Positions 35,841 through 43,818 of a stretch of 64,000 nt of DNA are shown here, piece after piece. The DNA lies in NCBI GenBank assembly GCA_965248355.1, contig OZ252098.1, positions 5,408,001 to 5,472,000 of the forward strand, in the 5' to 3' direction. Made by a program: the position numbers and the translations under genes. Below the pieces are notes generated by a model. That model was not told the origin of the DNA. It was given only the letters and a program-made list of their open reading frames with translations, and did not search any database. The number at the start of each line of letters is the position of its first letter. Position 1 is the first letter of the stretch. Source of the DNA: Candidatus Latescibacterota bacterium. Its GTDB lineage: Bacteria; Latescibacterota; UBA2968; UBA8231.

Positions 35841-37322
35841 TCAGCCCGCAGCCGCGGCGTTGCGGTTGTGGATGGCGAACAACTCCGCGCCCTGCAGCTC
35901 CACCTCGAGGGTGATCCACCGGCCGTGGAGGCCGGCCACCGATTCCCGGTCCCGCCAGCGCAGGGGATGGCCCAGGTGGTCCCCGCGGATGGCCTCCATG
36001 TCCTCGGGCCCGTACCCGGCCAGGGGGGCTCCGCCCTCGTCGAGCAGGCCGACGCGGCAGGAGCCACCGGTTGCGTCGACGTTCACCAGCAGGTCGGGGT
36101 GGTCGATGCGCAGGGGCCGCGTGCGGATGATCCCGCCCTCGCCCTCGGCGCGCATCCCGGCGAACCCGTCCTGCCGCAGCGTCGCCAGGCACAGGCCGGT
36201 GGGTTTCTCGGAGCCGGGGGGCAACTCCCGCCTCGGCGCCGGCGAGTGGTAGTGGGCGCCGGAGGTGTAGTAGAAGTGGAGCCGTCCCTCCCGCAGGACC
36301 GGCGCCGAGGGGAGGATGGCCATGCGGCCGCTGTCCCAGGCGGTGCCCTCGCCCCGGGGCACGATGCACCGCGCCTCGGGGGGCCGGAGCCACTCCTCGC
36401 CGTCGCGGGAGCAGGCCAGGTCCAGGTCCATGGACCAGTCGTCGAGGGCGTGCAGGATCTGCGCGAAGCCCAGGTACATGTCGTCGTACACGAAGCCGTT
36501 GTTCATGTAGACCTGGTCCCGGGGCCGGTCGTGCTCGTCGATGGGCAGGATCGGCACGTGGGGTGACCAGGAGGCGAAGTCGGGGCTCCAGCAGGTGTGC
36601 CGCAGGCGCACCCAGGTGCCGGGCTCGCCGTGGAGCATCTTGCCGCTGGCCCAGCGGTTGTCCCAGTAGAGGCGTTTGCCGAAGAGCCGGTAGCCGCCGC
36701 GCAGGGTGTCCAGCATCCAGGTGTAGGTGTCGCCGAAGCCGTCGGCGTGGGTGTGCACGAGCCGCTCCCGCGCCGGCCAGTGGATGCCGTCGGGGGAGGC
36801 GCTGGTGTAGAGGCCCGTCGGGTACGGCGTGTCCTTCGACTCGTAGAGCCGCTTCCCCGTCTCCGGGTCGTGGTCCCGGTTGTAGCGCCACAGGGCCATC
36901 TTGTAGCGGGCCGAGGGGTCCGGGTCGAGGGGGTCGCGGGAGATGCAGGGCCCGGTCAGCTCGTGGGGGCCGGGGTAGACGCCGGAGTAGGGGTAGTTGA
37001 CGACGCAGATGTTGTTGTCGCGGCTGCCGCGGAACTCGAACAGCCCCAGGGGCGGCGTCTCCCAGTGGACGCCGTCGTCGGAGCGCGCCTGGCAGATGAA
37101 GCGGGCGTCGGTGACGCTCTCCGGATCGACCGGCCGCGTGGAGTACCAGAGGACGAACTCTCGGGTGGCCGGGTCGATCTCGAAGCCGCCGTGGTTGGCC
37201 AGCGTCGAGCCCCACGGATCGGTGAAGACCTTCACCGGGTTGTCCGGGTGCTTGCTCAGCCGGTGGAACCGCCGGACGACGCCGCGGCTGGAGTGGATGT
37301 GGTGATCGTCGATGAAGAGCAT
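35841..37322 (-). CDS. Five-bladed beta-propeller glycoside-hydrolase-like protein (GH32/43/130 clan)
   Basis: 'LFIDD', 'KHPDNPV', 'ARSDDGVHWE', 'SPDGIHW', 'SPDFASWS', 'CSRDGEEW', 'WDSG', 'LRQDGF'. Confidence 0.7.
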   Translation of the reverse strand: MLFIDDHHIHSSRGVVRRFHRLSKHPDNPVKVFTDPWGSTLANHGGFEIDPATREFVLWYSTRPVDPESVTDARFICQARSDDGVHWETPPLGLFEFRGSRDNNICVVNYPYSGVYPGPHELTGPCISRDPLDPDPSARYKMALWRYNRDHDPETGKRLYESKDTPYPTGLYTSASPDGIHWPARERLVHTHADGFGDTYTWMLDTLRGGYRLFGKRLYWDNRWASGKMLHGEPGTWVRLRHTCWSPDFASWSPHVPILPIDEHDRPRDQVYMNNGFVYDDMYLGFAQILHALDDWSMDLDLACSRDGEEWLRPPEARCIVPRGEGTAWDSGRMAILPSAPVLREGRLHFYYTSGAHYHSPAPRRELPPGSEKPTGLCLATLRQDGFAGMRAEGEGGIIRTRPLRIDHPDLLVNVDATGGSCRVGLLDEGGAPLAGYGPEDMEAIRGDHLGHPLRWRDRESVAGLHGRWITLEVELQGAELFAIHNRNAAAAG

Positions 37323-37323
37323 G

Positions 37324-38232
37324 TCAGTCCATCCCCTTGATGCGCCCCCAGGAGGAAGGCTCCACGGCGGAACCGTCGTCGTAGAGGGATGGATCCTCTC
37401 CGGCGCCGATCAGCAGGCCATCGACGAAGAAGCCGGCGTGACTGCCTCCCAGCCACGACCCGCCCACCACCCACCCATCCTTCGACCGGGGATTGTCAAT
37501 GTCGTAAGTGAATATCGAGAACCCGATGGTCTTGCCAGGGTAGAGCTGCGAGGCCTCGGAGGCGTCCTCGTCATTGTAGATGAGGTCGTCGAAGGGGGTC
37601 ACCATGATCTCGGTGACCGTGAGCGCCGGGCTCTCGCCGGTGACGCCGCCCCCCGAGGCGGCGTACGGCTTCCTGGCCACCCACTCGCTGGCACCGAAAT
37701 GGTACAGATGTCCGGCGGGTTCGGCGATCGTCATCCACTGCTGCGCCTGACGGTTGTCCTCCAGAACTTGCTCGGCCGTACACTCCGCGCAGTCGAGCCC
37801 GAGCCGGTAGTCGTATCTCCCACCGGTGTGGTCGCCGTCGACCATGAAGCGGATGTTGGAATCCCAGACAAACATCTCCCAGAGCTTGTCCCCGTCGTAG
37901 AGGTTGAAGTAGAGATCATCGAAGCGCTCCATGGCAACCCAGAGGGTACTGCTGCCCTGGTGCCACGCGAGCCAGATGCGGAAGTCCACGTCCGCTGGAT
38001 CGTATGCCACTTCTCCCCAGTACCCCCAGTAGAAGTCGAGGGCCGTCAGCGAGGGCTCGCCGACGACCTCGAGCCAGTCGTCGACGCTGCCGTCGGTCAG
38101 GTCGATGCGGCCCAGGTCCTCGTCGAGGATTTCGAAGAAGGGGTAGATCTCGTCGCCGATGTGGGCGTGGGCGCCGGGGGCGTGGCCCAGGAGCGCGGCG
38201 AGGGTCAGCAGGGAGATGAGACGAGTGTGCAT
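37324..38232 (-). CDS. Secreted CBM9/DOMON-like protein, paralogue of 2458-3351
   Basis: GGAGGAGG RBS; signal peptide; 'AHIGDEIY..DGSVDDW..YDPADVDFRIWLAW..AMERFDD..VDGDHTGG..NRQAQQW..TPFDDLI'; ends 'SAVEPSSWGRIKGMD'. Confidence 0.8.
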   Translation of the reverse strand: MHTRLISLLTLAALLGHAPGAHAHIGDEIYPFFEILDEDLGRIDLTDGSVDDWLEVVGEPSLTALDFYWGYWGEVAYDPADVDFRIWLAWHQGSSTLWVAMERFDDLYFNLYDGDKLWEMFVWDSNIRFMVDGDHTGGRYDYRLGLDCAECTAEQVLEDNRQAQQWMTIAEPAGHLYHFGASEWVARKPYAASGGGVTGESPALTVTEIMVTPFDDLIYNDEDASEASQLYPGKTIGFSIFTYDIDNPRSKDGWVVGGSWLGGSHAGFFVDGLLIGAGEDPSLYDDGSAVEPSSWGRIKGMD

Positions 38233-38289
38233 GAGATCCTCCTCCTTTGATGGTTCCCATGGTACGGCCCGTTCACCACATTTACAAGG

Positions 38290-39012
38290 ATGATGACACA
38301 CCCCCATGAAGCCCTTCGGGACACGCTCTTCGTGGGCGACGTCCACGGCTGCGCAGGCGAGCTCGAGGAGTTGCTGCATCGCGCCGGCTACTCGCCGCCG
38401 GCGCACCGCCTCCTGCTCACGGGCGACGCCTTCAGCCGCGGCCCGGAGCCGCTGCGCGTCTGGGAGATCCTGCGCGACACCGGCGCCGAGATGGTCCTCG
38501 GCAACCACGACGACCGCCTGCTGAGGCAGCTGCGCGTGCACCGCGCCGGCGGCGAGGTCCGCTTCCGGCGGCCGGATCAGCGCCGCACCTTCGAGGCCCT
38601 GCGGCCCGTCCACGACGAGCTGCTGCCGTGGCTGGAGCGGACCCCGCTGTCCATCGAGGGCGAGGGGTTCCTCCTCGTCCACGCCGGTATCCACCCTCGG
38701 CGGGGCCGCGGCGGTACCTCGCGGGAGGAGTTCCTCGCCATCCGCACCTGGCCGCCCAACGGCGGCATCGACGGACCGCGGTGGCACGACGTGATCGAGC
38801 CCCTTCCCGGCCGCGTGATGGTCTTCGGCCACGACGCGCCGGGGGGCCTCGTGGTCAAGCGGCGGGACCCGGGAGAGGGCGGACGTCCGTGGGCGGTGGG
38901 GCTGGACTCGGGATGCGTGTACGGGGGAAGGTTGAGCGCCTGGGTCCTGGAGCGGGACGAGCTGATCCAGATCGACAGCCGTCAGGACGGCGAGAGCTGG
39001 CGGTCGGGCTGA
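38290..39012 (+). CDS. Metallophosphoesterase, ApaH/PrpE-like
   Basis: 'GDVHG', 'GDAFSRG', 'GNHD', 'VHAG', 'VFGH', 'GLDSGCVYGGRLSA'. Confidence 0.9.
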   Translation: MMTHPHEALRDTLFVGDVHGCAGELEELLHRAGYSPPAHRLLLTGDAFSRGPEPLRVWEILRDTGAEMVLGNHDDRLLRQLRVHRAGGEVRFRRPDQRRTFEALRPVHDELLPWLERTPLSIEGEGFLLVHAGIHPRRGRGGTSREEFLAIRTWPPNGGIDGPRWHDVIEPLPGRVMVFGHDAPGGLVVKRRDPGEGGRPWAVGLDSGCVYGGRLSAWVLERDELIQIDSRQDGESWRSG

Positions 39013-39707
39013 CGGGCCCGGCGCACCAGGTCCTCGAAGAGCTTCTCCCACGCAGTGCCCGCCATCCTCTCGGGGTGGAACTGGACCCCCATGAGGCCGC
39101 CGTCGTCGCTCTCCACACCTTCGATCAGGCCGTCGGGGCTGCGGGCGTTCACCCGCAGGCCGCGGCCGAGCTGCTCCACGGCCTGCACGTGATCGCTGTT
39201 GACGCGCCGCGCGCCGGCGGCCAGCTCCGCCAGGCGGGACCCGGCCGCCACCTCCACGTCGTGGAACACCGGCCGCCCGTCGTTGCGCCCCGTCGAGTGG
39301 GGTCCGGCCCCGAGCTGGGCCTGGGCGTCGGCGTAGATGGTGCCGCCGAGGCGGGCGTTGATGAACTGCATGCCGTAGCAGACGCCGAGGACCGGGCGGT
39401 CACGGCCGCGCGCCGCCTCGAAGGCCAGGGTATCGGTCTGGGTGCGCAACCGCGGCGTGGGCGGCAGGTCCTCGGGCAGGCTCCCCACAAGCCCGTCGGT
39501 GATGCCGGGGCCGCCGGTGATCACCAGGCCGTCCAGGATCCGGCACAGGGGCCGCAGGGTCTCGGGCGAGGCCGTCACGGGCACCACCACGGGACAGCCC
39601 CCGGCGCGCTCCACGGCCTCCACGTAGGCCCGGTCGAGCTGCTGGCGGCTCGTCCCCTTCTCGCCCGAGAGAGAGGTGGTGATCCCGATGAGAGGCCGCT
39701 CCGCCAA
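38982..39707 (-). CDS. Peptidase C26 / gamma-glutamyl-gamma-aminobutyrate hydrolase family
   Basis: 'PLIGIT', 'YVEAVERAGG', 'DGLVITGG', catalytic 'GVCYGMQ', 'VNSDHVQA', 'GVQFHPE'. Confidence 0.9.
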   Translation of the reverse strand: MAERPLIGITTSLSGEKGTSRQQLDRAYVEAVERAGGCPVVVPVTASPETLRPLCRILDGLVITGGPGITDGLVGSLPEDLPPTPRLRTQTDTLAFEAARGRDRPVLGVCYGMQFINARLGGTIYADAQAQLGAGPHSTGRNDGRPVFHDVEVAAGSRLAELAAGARRVNSDHVQAVEQLGRGLRVNARSPDGLIEGVESDDGGLMGVQFHPERMAGTAWEKLFEDLVRRARQPDRQLSPS

Positions 39708-39709
39708 GA

Positions 39710-41011
39710 TCAGACCCGGGCCCGCAGGCGGGCGAAGGTGATCTCGTCGTCCAGCTCGGTGAGGGCCATGAAGCTGTTCACGTCCCAGCGGCCGGGGTCG
39801 AGGCCTCGGACGGCGCGGGTGAGGAAGCCCTGCATGCGGTCCGACGAGGGCGCCAGCCCCCGCAGGGTCGCGTTGAGCGCCGCCACCTCCTGCTCGCCGC
39901 CCACCCGGCCCCCCAGCCAGGCGAGGACGGCCTCGTCGCCGGCGTGCTCCTCCAGTCCGGCGGCGAACTCCTCCTGGGAGAGACCGAGGTGCTCCAGCAG
40001 CCGGCGGTCGAAGCCGGAGTCCTCGCCGAACCAGTAGTTGCCCAGGAGGCCGGCGTTGTGGGCCCGTCCCTTGTCCACCATCCGCGCCAGGCAGTGGACG
40101 CCCCCCAGGCTCGTGTCGTAGGGGCTGCGGGGCGCCCGCCGGTTCAGGTCGACGAGGCCGAAGCAGGCCTGGTCGTCGATGTCCTGCAGCTCGAAGTAGG
40201 TGGTCACGTCCTTGCGCCCGGGGCAGATCTCGTCGCGGCGCTGGAGGAAGCGCTCCCTCCACTCCGGGTGGGCCTCGCCGTGGCGGGTCAGGCGGGCGTT
40301 CAGGGCGGAGATCGCCCCCGGCCGGGGAGCCTCGACCCGCTCCAGGATCCACTCGCCCAGCTCGGTGTCGTTGGGGTTGCGCCAGGCTCCCTCCTCGAAG
40401 TCGGCCGCCGTGAGGCCGAGGAACTCCAGCAGGGTGCGGTCGAAGAAGGAGTCGCCGCCGTACCGGTAGTCGCCCATGCGGCCGGCGCGGTGGGCCCGCG
40501 CCTTGTCGGCCATCCGCGCCGCCGCCACCAGGCCGAGGACGCTGCGCACGTACCCCGAGCGCGGGGGCCGCGCCGTCAGGTCCTGGTCGCGGAAGGCGCC
40601 CCAGTCGTCCAGCTCGATGGAGGCGTAGACGGTGGTGACGCCGGTGCTGCCCGGGGCGTACTTCGCCACCCTCTCCTTCAGCAGCCGGCGGTGCAGGTCG
40701 TCCTGGGGCCGCCGCGTCGTCTGCTCCTCGTCAAAGGCCTCGATCTCCTCCGCCGTGCAGGACATGCGGTCCCGCACCCAGTCGGCCAGCTCCGCGTCCC
40801 ACAGAGTCTCGGCGGCGTCGGCGAAGTCGGCGGCGCTCACGCCGATGAGGGCGAGCACCTCCCGGTCGAGGCCGGAGTCCTCGCCGTACTTGAACTCGCC
40901 GATGAGCTCGGCCTTGTGGCCGCGGGCCTTGTCGGCCATGCGCGCCAGGCCGGCCATGCCGGCCATGCCGGTGTTGGAGGGGCGCCGGGGGGGTTGGCGT
41001 GTCAGGTCCAT
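39710..41011 (-). CDS. Protein with three tandem DUF5069-like repeats
   Basis: 'DLTRQPPR..LARMADKARGH..GEFKYG', 'DLTARPPRS..AARMADKARAH..GDYRYG', 'DLNRRAPRSP..LARMVDKGRAH..GNYWFG'; GGAG RBS. Confidence 0.8.
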   Translation of the reverse strand: MDLTRQPPRRPSNTGMAGMAGLARMADKARGHKAELIGEFKYGEDSGLDREVLALIGVSAADFADAAETLWDAELADWVRDRMSCTAEEIEAFDEEQTTRRPQDDLHRRLLKERVAKYAPGSTGVTTVYASIELDDWGAFRDQDLTARPPRSGYVRSVLGLVAAARMADKARAHRAGRMGDYRYGGDSFFDRTLLEFLGLTAADFEEGAWRNPNDTELGEWILERVEAPRPGAISALNARLTRHGEAHPEWRERFLQRRDEICPGRKDVTTYFELQDIDDQACFGLVDLNRRAPRSPYDTSLGGVHCLARMVDKGRAHNAGLLGNYWFGEDSGFDRRLLEHLGLSQEEFAAGLEEHAGDEAVLAWLGGRVGGEQEVAALNATLRGLAPSSDRMQGFLTRAVRGLDPGRWDVNSFMALTELDDEITFARLRARV

Positions 41012-41141
41012 GTCTGCTCGGTCTCCCGTTATGTCTGGTGAAGGGATGGCGAATCTAACCGGGCTCCCGCGGCCTCTCAAGAATCCCGCCTTGCCCGCCG
41101 CCTGGCCGCCGGGTACCATGACGCGCCCCGCGAGCCCCGCC

Positions 41142-41954
41142 ATGCCCGAGCTGCCCGAAGTCGAGACCGTCCGCCGCGCCATGGACGCCCACCTCGTGGG
41201 CCGCACCGTGACCGGCGCCTGGACCAGCGGCCTGCGCCTGCGCGAGCCCCTGTCCCGGCCCCGGGTGCGGTCCCTGGCCGGGGAGCGCTTCACCGGCGCC
41301 CGGCGGCGGGCCAAGTTCCTGCTGCTGGAACTCTCCTCCGGGCGCACGGTCCTCGTCCATCTCGGCATGACGGGGAACCTGGTCTTCCGCGGCGGCGACC
41401 GGCGCCTGCACGACCACGTCGTCCTCGCCCTCGACGAGGGCCCCCCCCTCGTCTACGCCGACCCCCGGCGTTTCGGCCTCTTCCAGGTCCTGACCCCGCG
41501 GGAGCTGGAACGCAGCCGCTGGCTCCGCCACCTCGGCGTGGAGCCCCTCTCCGAGGCCTTCGACGCCGATTACCTGCGCCGCGCCGCCCGGGGCCGCAGC
41601 CGGCCGATCAAGAGCCTGCTCCTCGACGGCCGGATCGTGGCCGGCCTCGGCAACATCTACGCCTGCGAGGCTCTGTTCGGGGCGCGCATCCGTCCCACCA
41701 CGCCGGCCGGCCGCATCGGTCCCCGGCGCGCCGGGCGCCTGGTGGAGGAGATCAAGATGGTCCTGCGGCGGGCCGTGGCGCGGGGGGGCACGACGATCAG
41801 CGACTACCTGGGCTCCGGGGCCGGGGGGCGCTTCCAGCAGGAGCTGGCCGTGTACGGGCGCGCCGGCGAGGGCTGCGTGGTCTGCGACCGGCCGCTGCGC
41901 AACCGCGCCATCGCCGGCCGCTCCACCTTCTACTGCACCCGCTGCCAGACATAG
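41142..41954 (+). CDS. mutM: Formamidopyrimidine-DNA glycosylase
   Basis: N-terminal 'MPELPEVE', 'RRAKFL', 'HLGMTG', 'DPRRFG', 'AGLGNIYACE', zinc finger 'CVVC..FYCTRCQ'. Confidence 0.97.
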   Translation: MPELPEVETVRRAMDAHLVGRTVTGAWTSGLRLREPLSRPRVRSLAGERFTGARRRAKFLLLELSSGRTVLVHLGMTGNLVFRGGDRRLHDHVVLALDEGPPLVYADPRRFGLFQVLTPRELERSRWLRHLGVEPLSEAFDADYLRRAARGRSRPIKSLLLDGRIVAGLGNIYACEALFGARIRPTTPAGRIGPRRAGRLVEEIKMVLRRAVARGGTTISDYLGSGAGGRFQQELAVYGRAGEGCVVCDRPLRNRAIAGRSTFYCTRCQT

Positions 41955-41956
41955 AA

Positions 41957-41986
41957 ATGCCGCACCCCCGGCAAGGGGCGCGGCAT
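41957..41986. terminator. GC-rich hairpin between convergent mutM and clpP
   Basis: atgccgc-a-cccc ... gggg-c-gcggcat inverted repeat between the two stop codons. Confidence 0.5.
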
Positions 41987-42002
41987 CATGGGGCCGGTCG
42001 CT

Positions 42003-42614
42003 TCAGCCCTGTCCGTTGGGCGACGGCAGGGAGCTGCTGGTGAGGATGTCGTCGATGAGGCCGTACTCCTTGGCCTCCTGGGGGGACATGTAGAAGTCGC
42101 GGTCCGTGTCCCGGGCGATCTTCTCCTCCTCCTGCCCCGTGTGCAGGGCGAGGAGGCGGTGGATCTCCTCCCGGGTGCGGAGCATCTCGCGGGCCTGGAT
42201 GTCCAGGTCGGTGGCCCGCCCCGTGATCGTGCCCAGGATCAGGGGCTGGTGGATCATGATGCGGGCGTGGGGCCAGGTGAAGCGGCGGCCCTTCTCGCCG
42301 CCGGCCAGCAGCACCGCCCCCATGCTCGCCGCCAGGCCCGTGCACACCGTGGACACGGGGGCGCGGATCGCCTGCATGGCGTCGTAGATCGCCAGGCCGT
42401 CGTGGACCGAGCCGCCCGGACTGTTGATGTAGAGGACGATCTCGGTCTCGCCCTCCTCGGCGTCGAGGGACAGCAGCCGCGTCACCACCGCCTTGGCCGA
42501 GTCGTCGTCCACGGGCGACCACAGGAAGATCTTGCGAGTCTTCAGCAGGGAATGCTCGATGTTGCGCTCGCTGAACTCCTTGAGCAGTCCCTCGTCTCTC
42601 TCCGTCTCTGCCAT
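42003..42614 (-). CDS. clpP: ATP-dependent Clp protease proteolytic subunit
   Basis: 'YINSPGGSV', 'GLAASMG' (catalytic Ser), 'RIMIHQP', 'DTDRDFYM', 'EYGLID'. Confidence 0.96.
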   Translation of the reverse strand: MAETERDEGLLKEFSERNIEHSLLKTRKIFLWSPVDDDSAKAVVTRLLSLDAEEGETEIVLYINSPGGSVHDGLAIYDAMQAIRAPVSTVCTGLAASMGAVLLAGGEKGRRFTWPHARIMIHQPLILGTITGRATDLDIQAREMLRTREEIHRLLALHTGQEEEKIARDTDRDFYMSPQEAKEYGLIDDILTSSSLPSPNGQG

Positions 42615-42705
42615 TCTTGCCTCTCTCCAGGATCTCTTTTCTCTCGGTGGGCCTGCGAGTATACCCAGGGCTTCGGGCAGCGTCAAAGGCCGGGCGGGGC
42701 GGCGG

Positions 42706-43275
42706 TCAAAGGACGGTCGCGTGCGGTCGAAGCAGCGATACGGTCCGGACCAAGCCGAGACCCTCGAGCGCGGCAAGATGATCGCCCGCCGAGCGCGGCG
42801 GATTGCGCAGCGCCGTCCGGTGCCCGCGGACGGCGGCGAGTACGGCCACGGGGTCGGCATCGAACAGACCCGCGACGAAGGTGTCGGGATGCTGCGCCGC
42901 CAAGCCGTGAGGTGCCAGTCGGTCAGCCGGGAAGTCCCGCAGGTTTCCGGTCACGATCACGTCCGCCTGTCCCCGGATGGCCGCGGCCAGCACATGGCGG
43001 TCTCCCGGGTCGGGCAGGTCCAACTCGGCGGCAAGAGGTGCATATCCCGTTACGGCCGCCTCGGGGAAGTGCTCGTCCATCACCCCACGGGTCCGCTCCA
43101 GGAGAGCGGCGTCCAGGTCGGGGCGATCCCTGAGAAGGCTTCGCATCCATTCCGCATGGATGTCGGCGCTCCAAAGTGGCGCGTACAGATATCGGTCGGC
43201 GAGACGCAGAAGGACATCCCGAAGTCCGGCAGGATATAGGACGTCGGCGTCCAGCAACGCCGTCAGCCGGTCCAT
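42706..43275 (-). CDS. PIN-domain protein (putative toxin)
   Basis: 'ALLDADVLYP', 'WSADIHAEW', 'LPDPGDRHVLAAAI', 'IVTGNLRDFP', 'HPDTF'. Confidence 0.88.
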   Translation of the reverse strand: MDRLTALLDADVLYPAGLRDVLLRLADRYLYAPLWSADIHAEWMRSLLRDRPDLDAALLERTRGVMDEHFPEAAVTGYAPLAAELDLPDPGDRHVLAAAIRGQADVIVTGNLRDFPADRLAPHGLAAQHPDTFVAGLFDADPVAVLAAVRGHRTALRNPPRSAGDHLAALEGLGLVRTVSLLRPHATVL

Positions 43276-43278
43276 CGA

Positions 43279-43716
43279 CTACTGCAAGCCCAGTTCCTGG
43301 TCGCGGGCCGTGAGTTCGTCCAGCGCCTTGCGGCGACGGGTCTCCGTCTCGCGCCTGTAGGCGAGGATATCCTCGGCGCGGACTCGGCGATGCGCGCCCA
43401 CCTTTCGGCAGGGTATCCGTCCGTTGTCGAGCAGCTGCACCAGGTGCGTCCGCGAGACCTGCAACAACTCCGCCGCCTGCCGCGTCGTAAGCTCGGCATG
43501 CAGCGGCGTCAGGGCGACGCCGTTGCCGTGCGCCATCTGGTTCAGAATCTCCTTGAGCAGCCGCACCGCAGGCGTGGGGATATCGAGGGTTTCGGCGCCG
43601 ACGCCGAACCGCGCGGGAACCGGATCCGTCCCTTCGATCAACGATTCCAGTTTCCGGCCCGCCCTACCCGCGAGCGTTGCATCCCGGTCGCTCGGAATGC
43701 CGCATTCCGTGGCCAT
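43279..43716 (-). CDS. Excisionase-type (HTH_17/MerR-like) DNA-binding protein; putative antitoxin
   Basis: 'ELTTRQAAELLQVSRTHLVQLLDNGRIPCRKVGAHRRV..RRKALDEL..QELGL'; GGAGAG RBS; directly upstream of the PIN gene. Confidence 0.88.
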   Translation of the reverse strand: MATECGIPSDRDATLAGRAGRKLESLIEGTDPVPARFGVGAETLDIPTPAVRLLKEILNQMAHGNGVALTPLHAELTTRQAAELLQVSRTHLVQLLDNGRIPCRKVGAHRRVRAEDILAYRRETETRRRKALDELTARDQELGLQ

Positions 43717-43779
43717 CGCAATCTCTCCATCCATGACGGCGTCTCTGTCATCCGGCGCCACAAGATGGGTTCTAAATGC

Positions 43780-43806
43780 CGCAAACGCAACAAGCGACGC
43801 AAACGC
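43780..43806. promoter_or_regulatory. Direct-repeat candidate operator upstream of the HTH/PIN pair
   Basis: cgcaaacgc at 43780-43788 and 43798-43806 (18-bp period). Confidence 0.4.
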
Positions 43807-43818
43807 CACCCGTTGCCC

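Noticed and set aside
43279..43716. 'Excisionase' as evidence of a prophage or as mobiliser of the R-M islet
   Set aside because: No integrase or phage genes; it is paired with a PIN gene and lies 14 kb from the islet.
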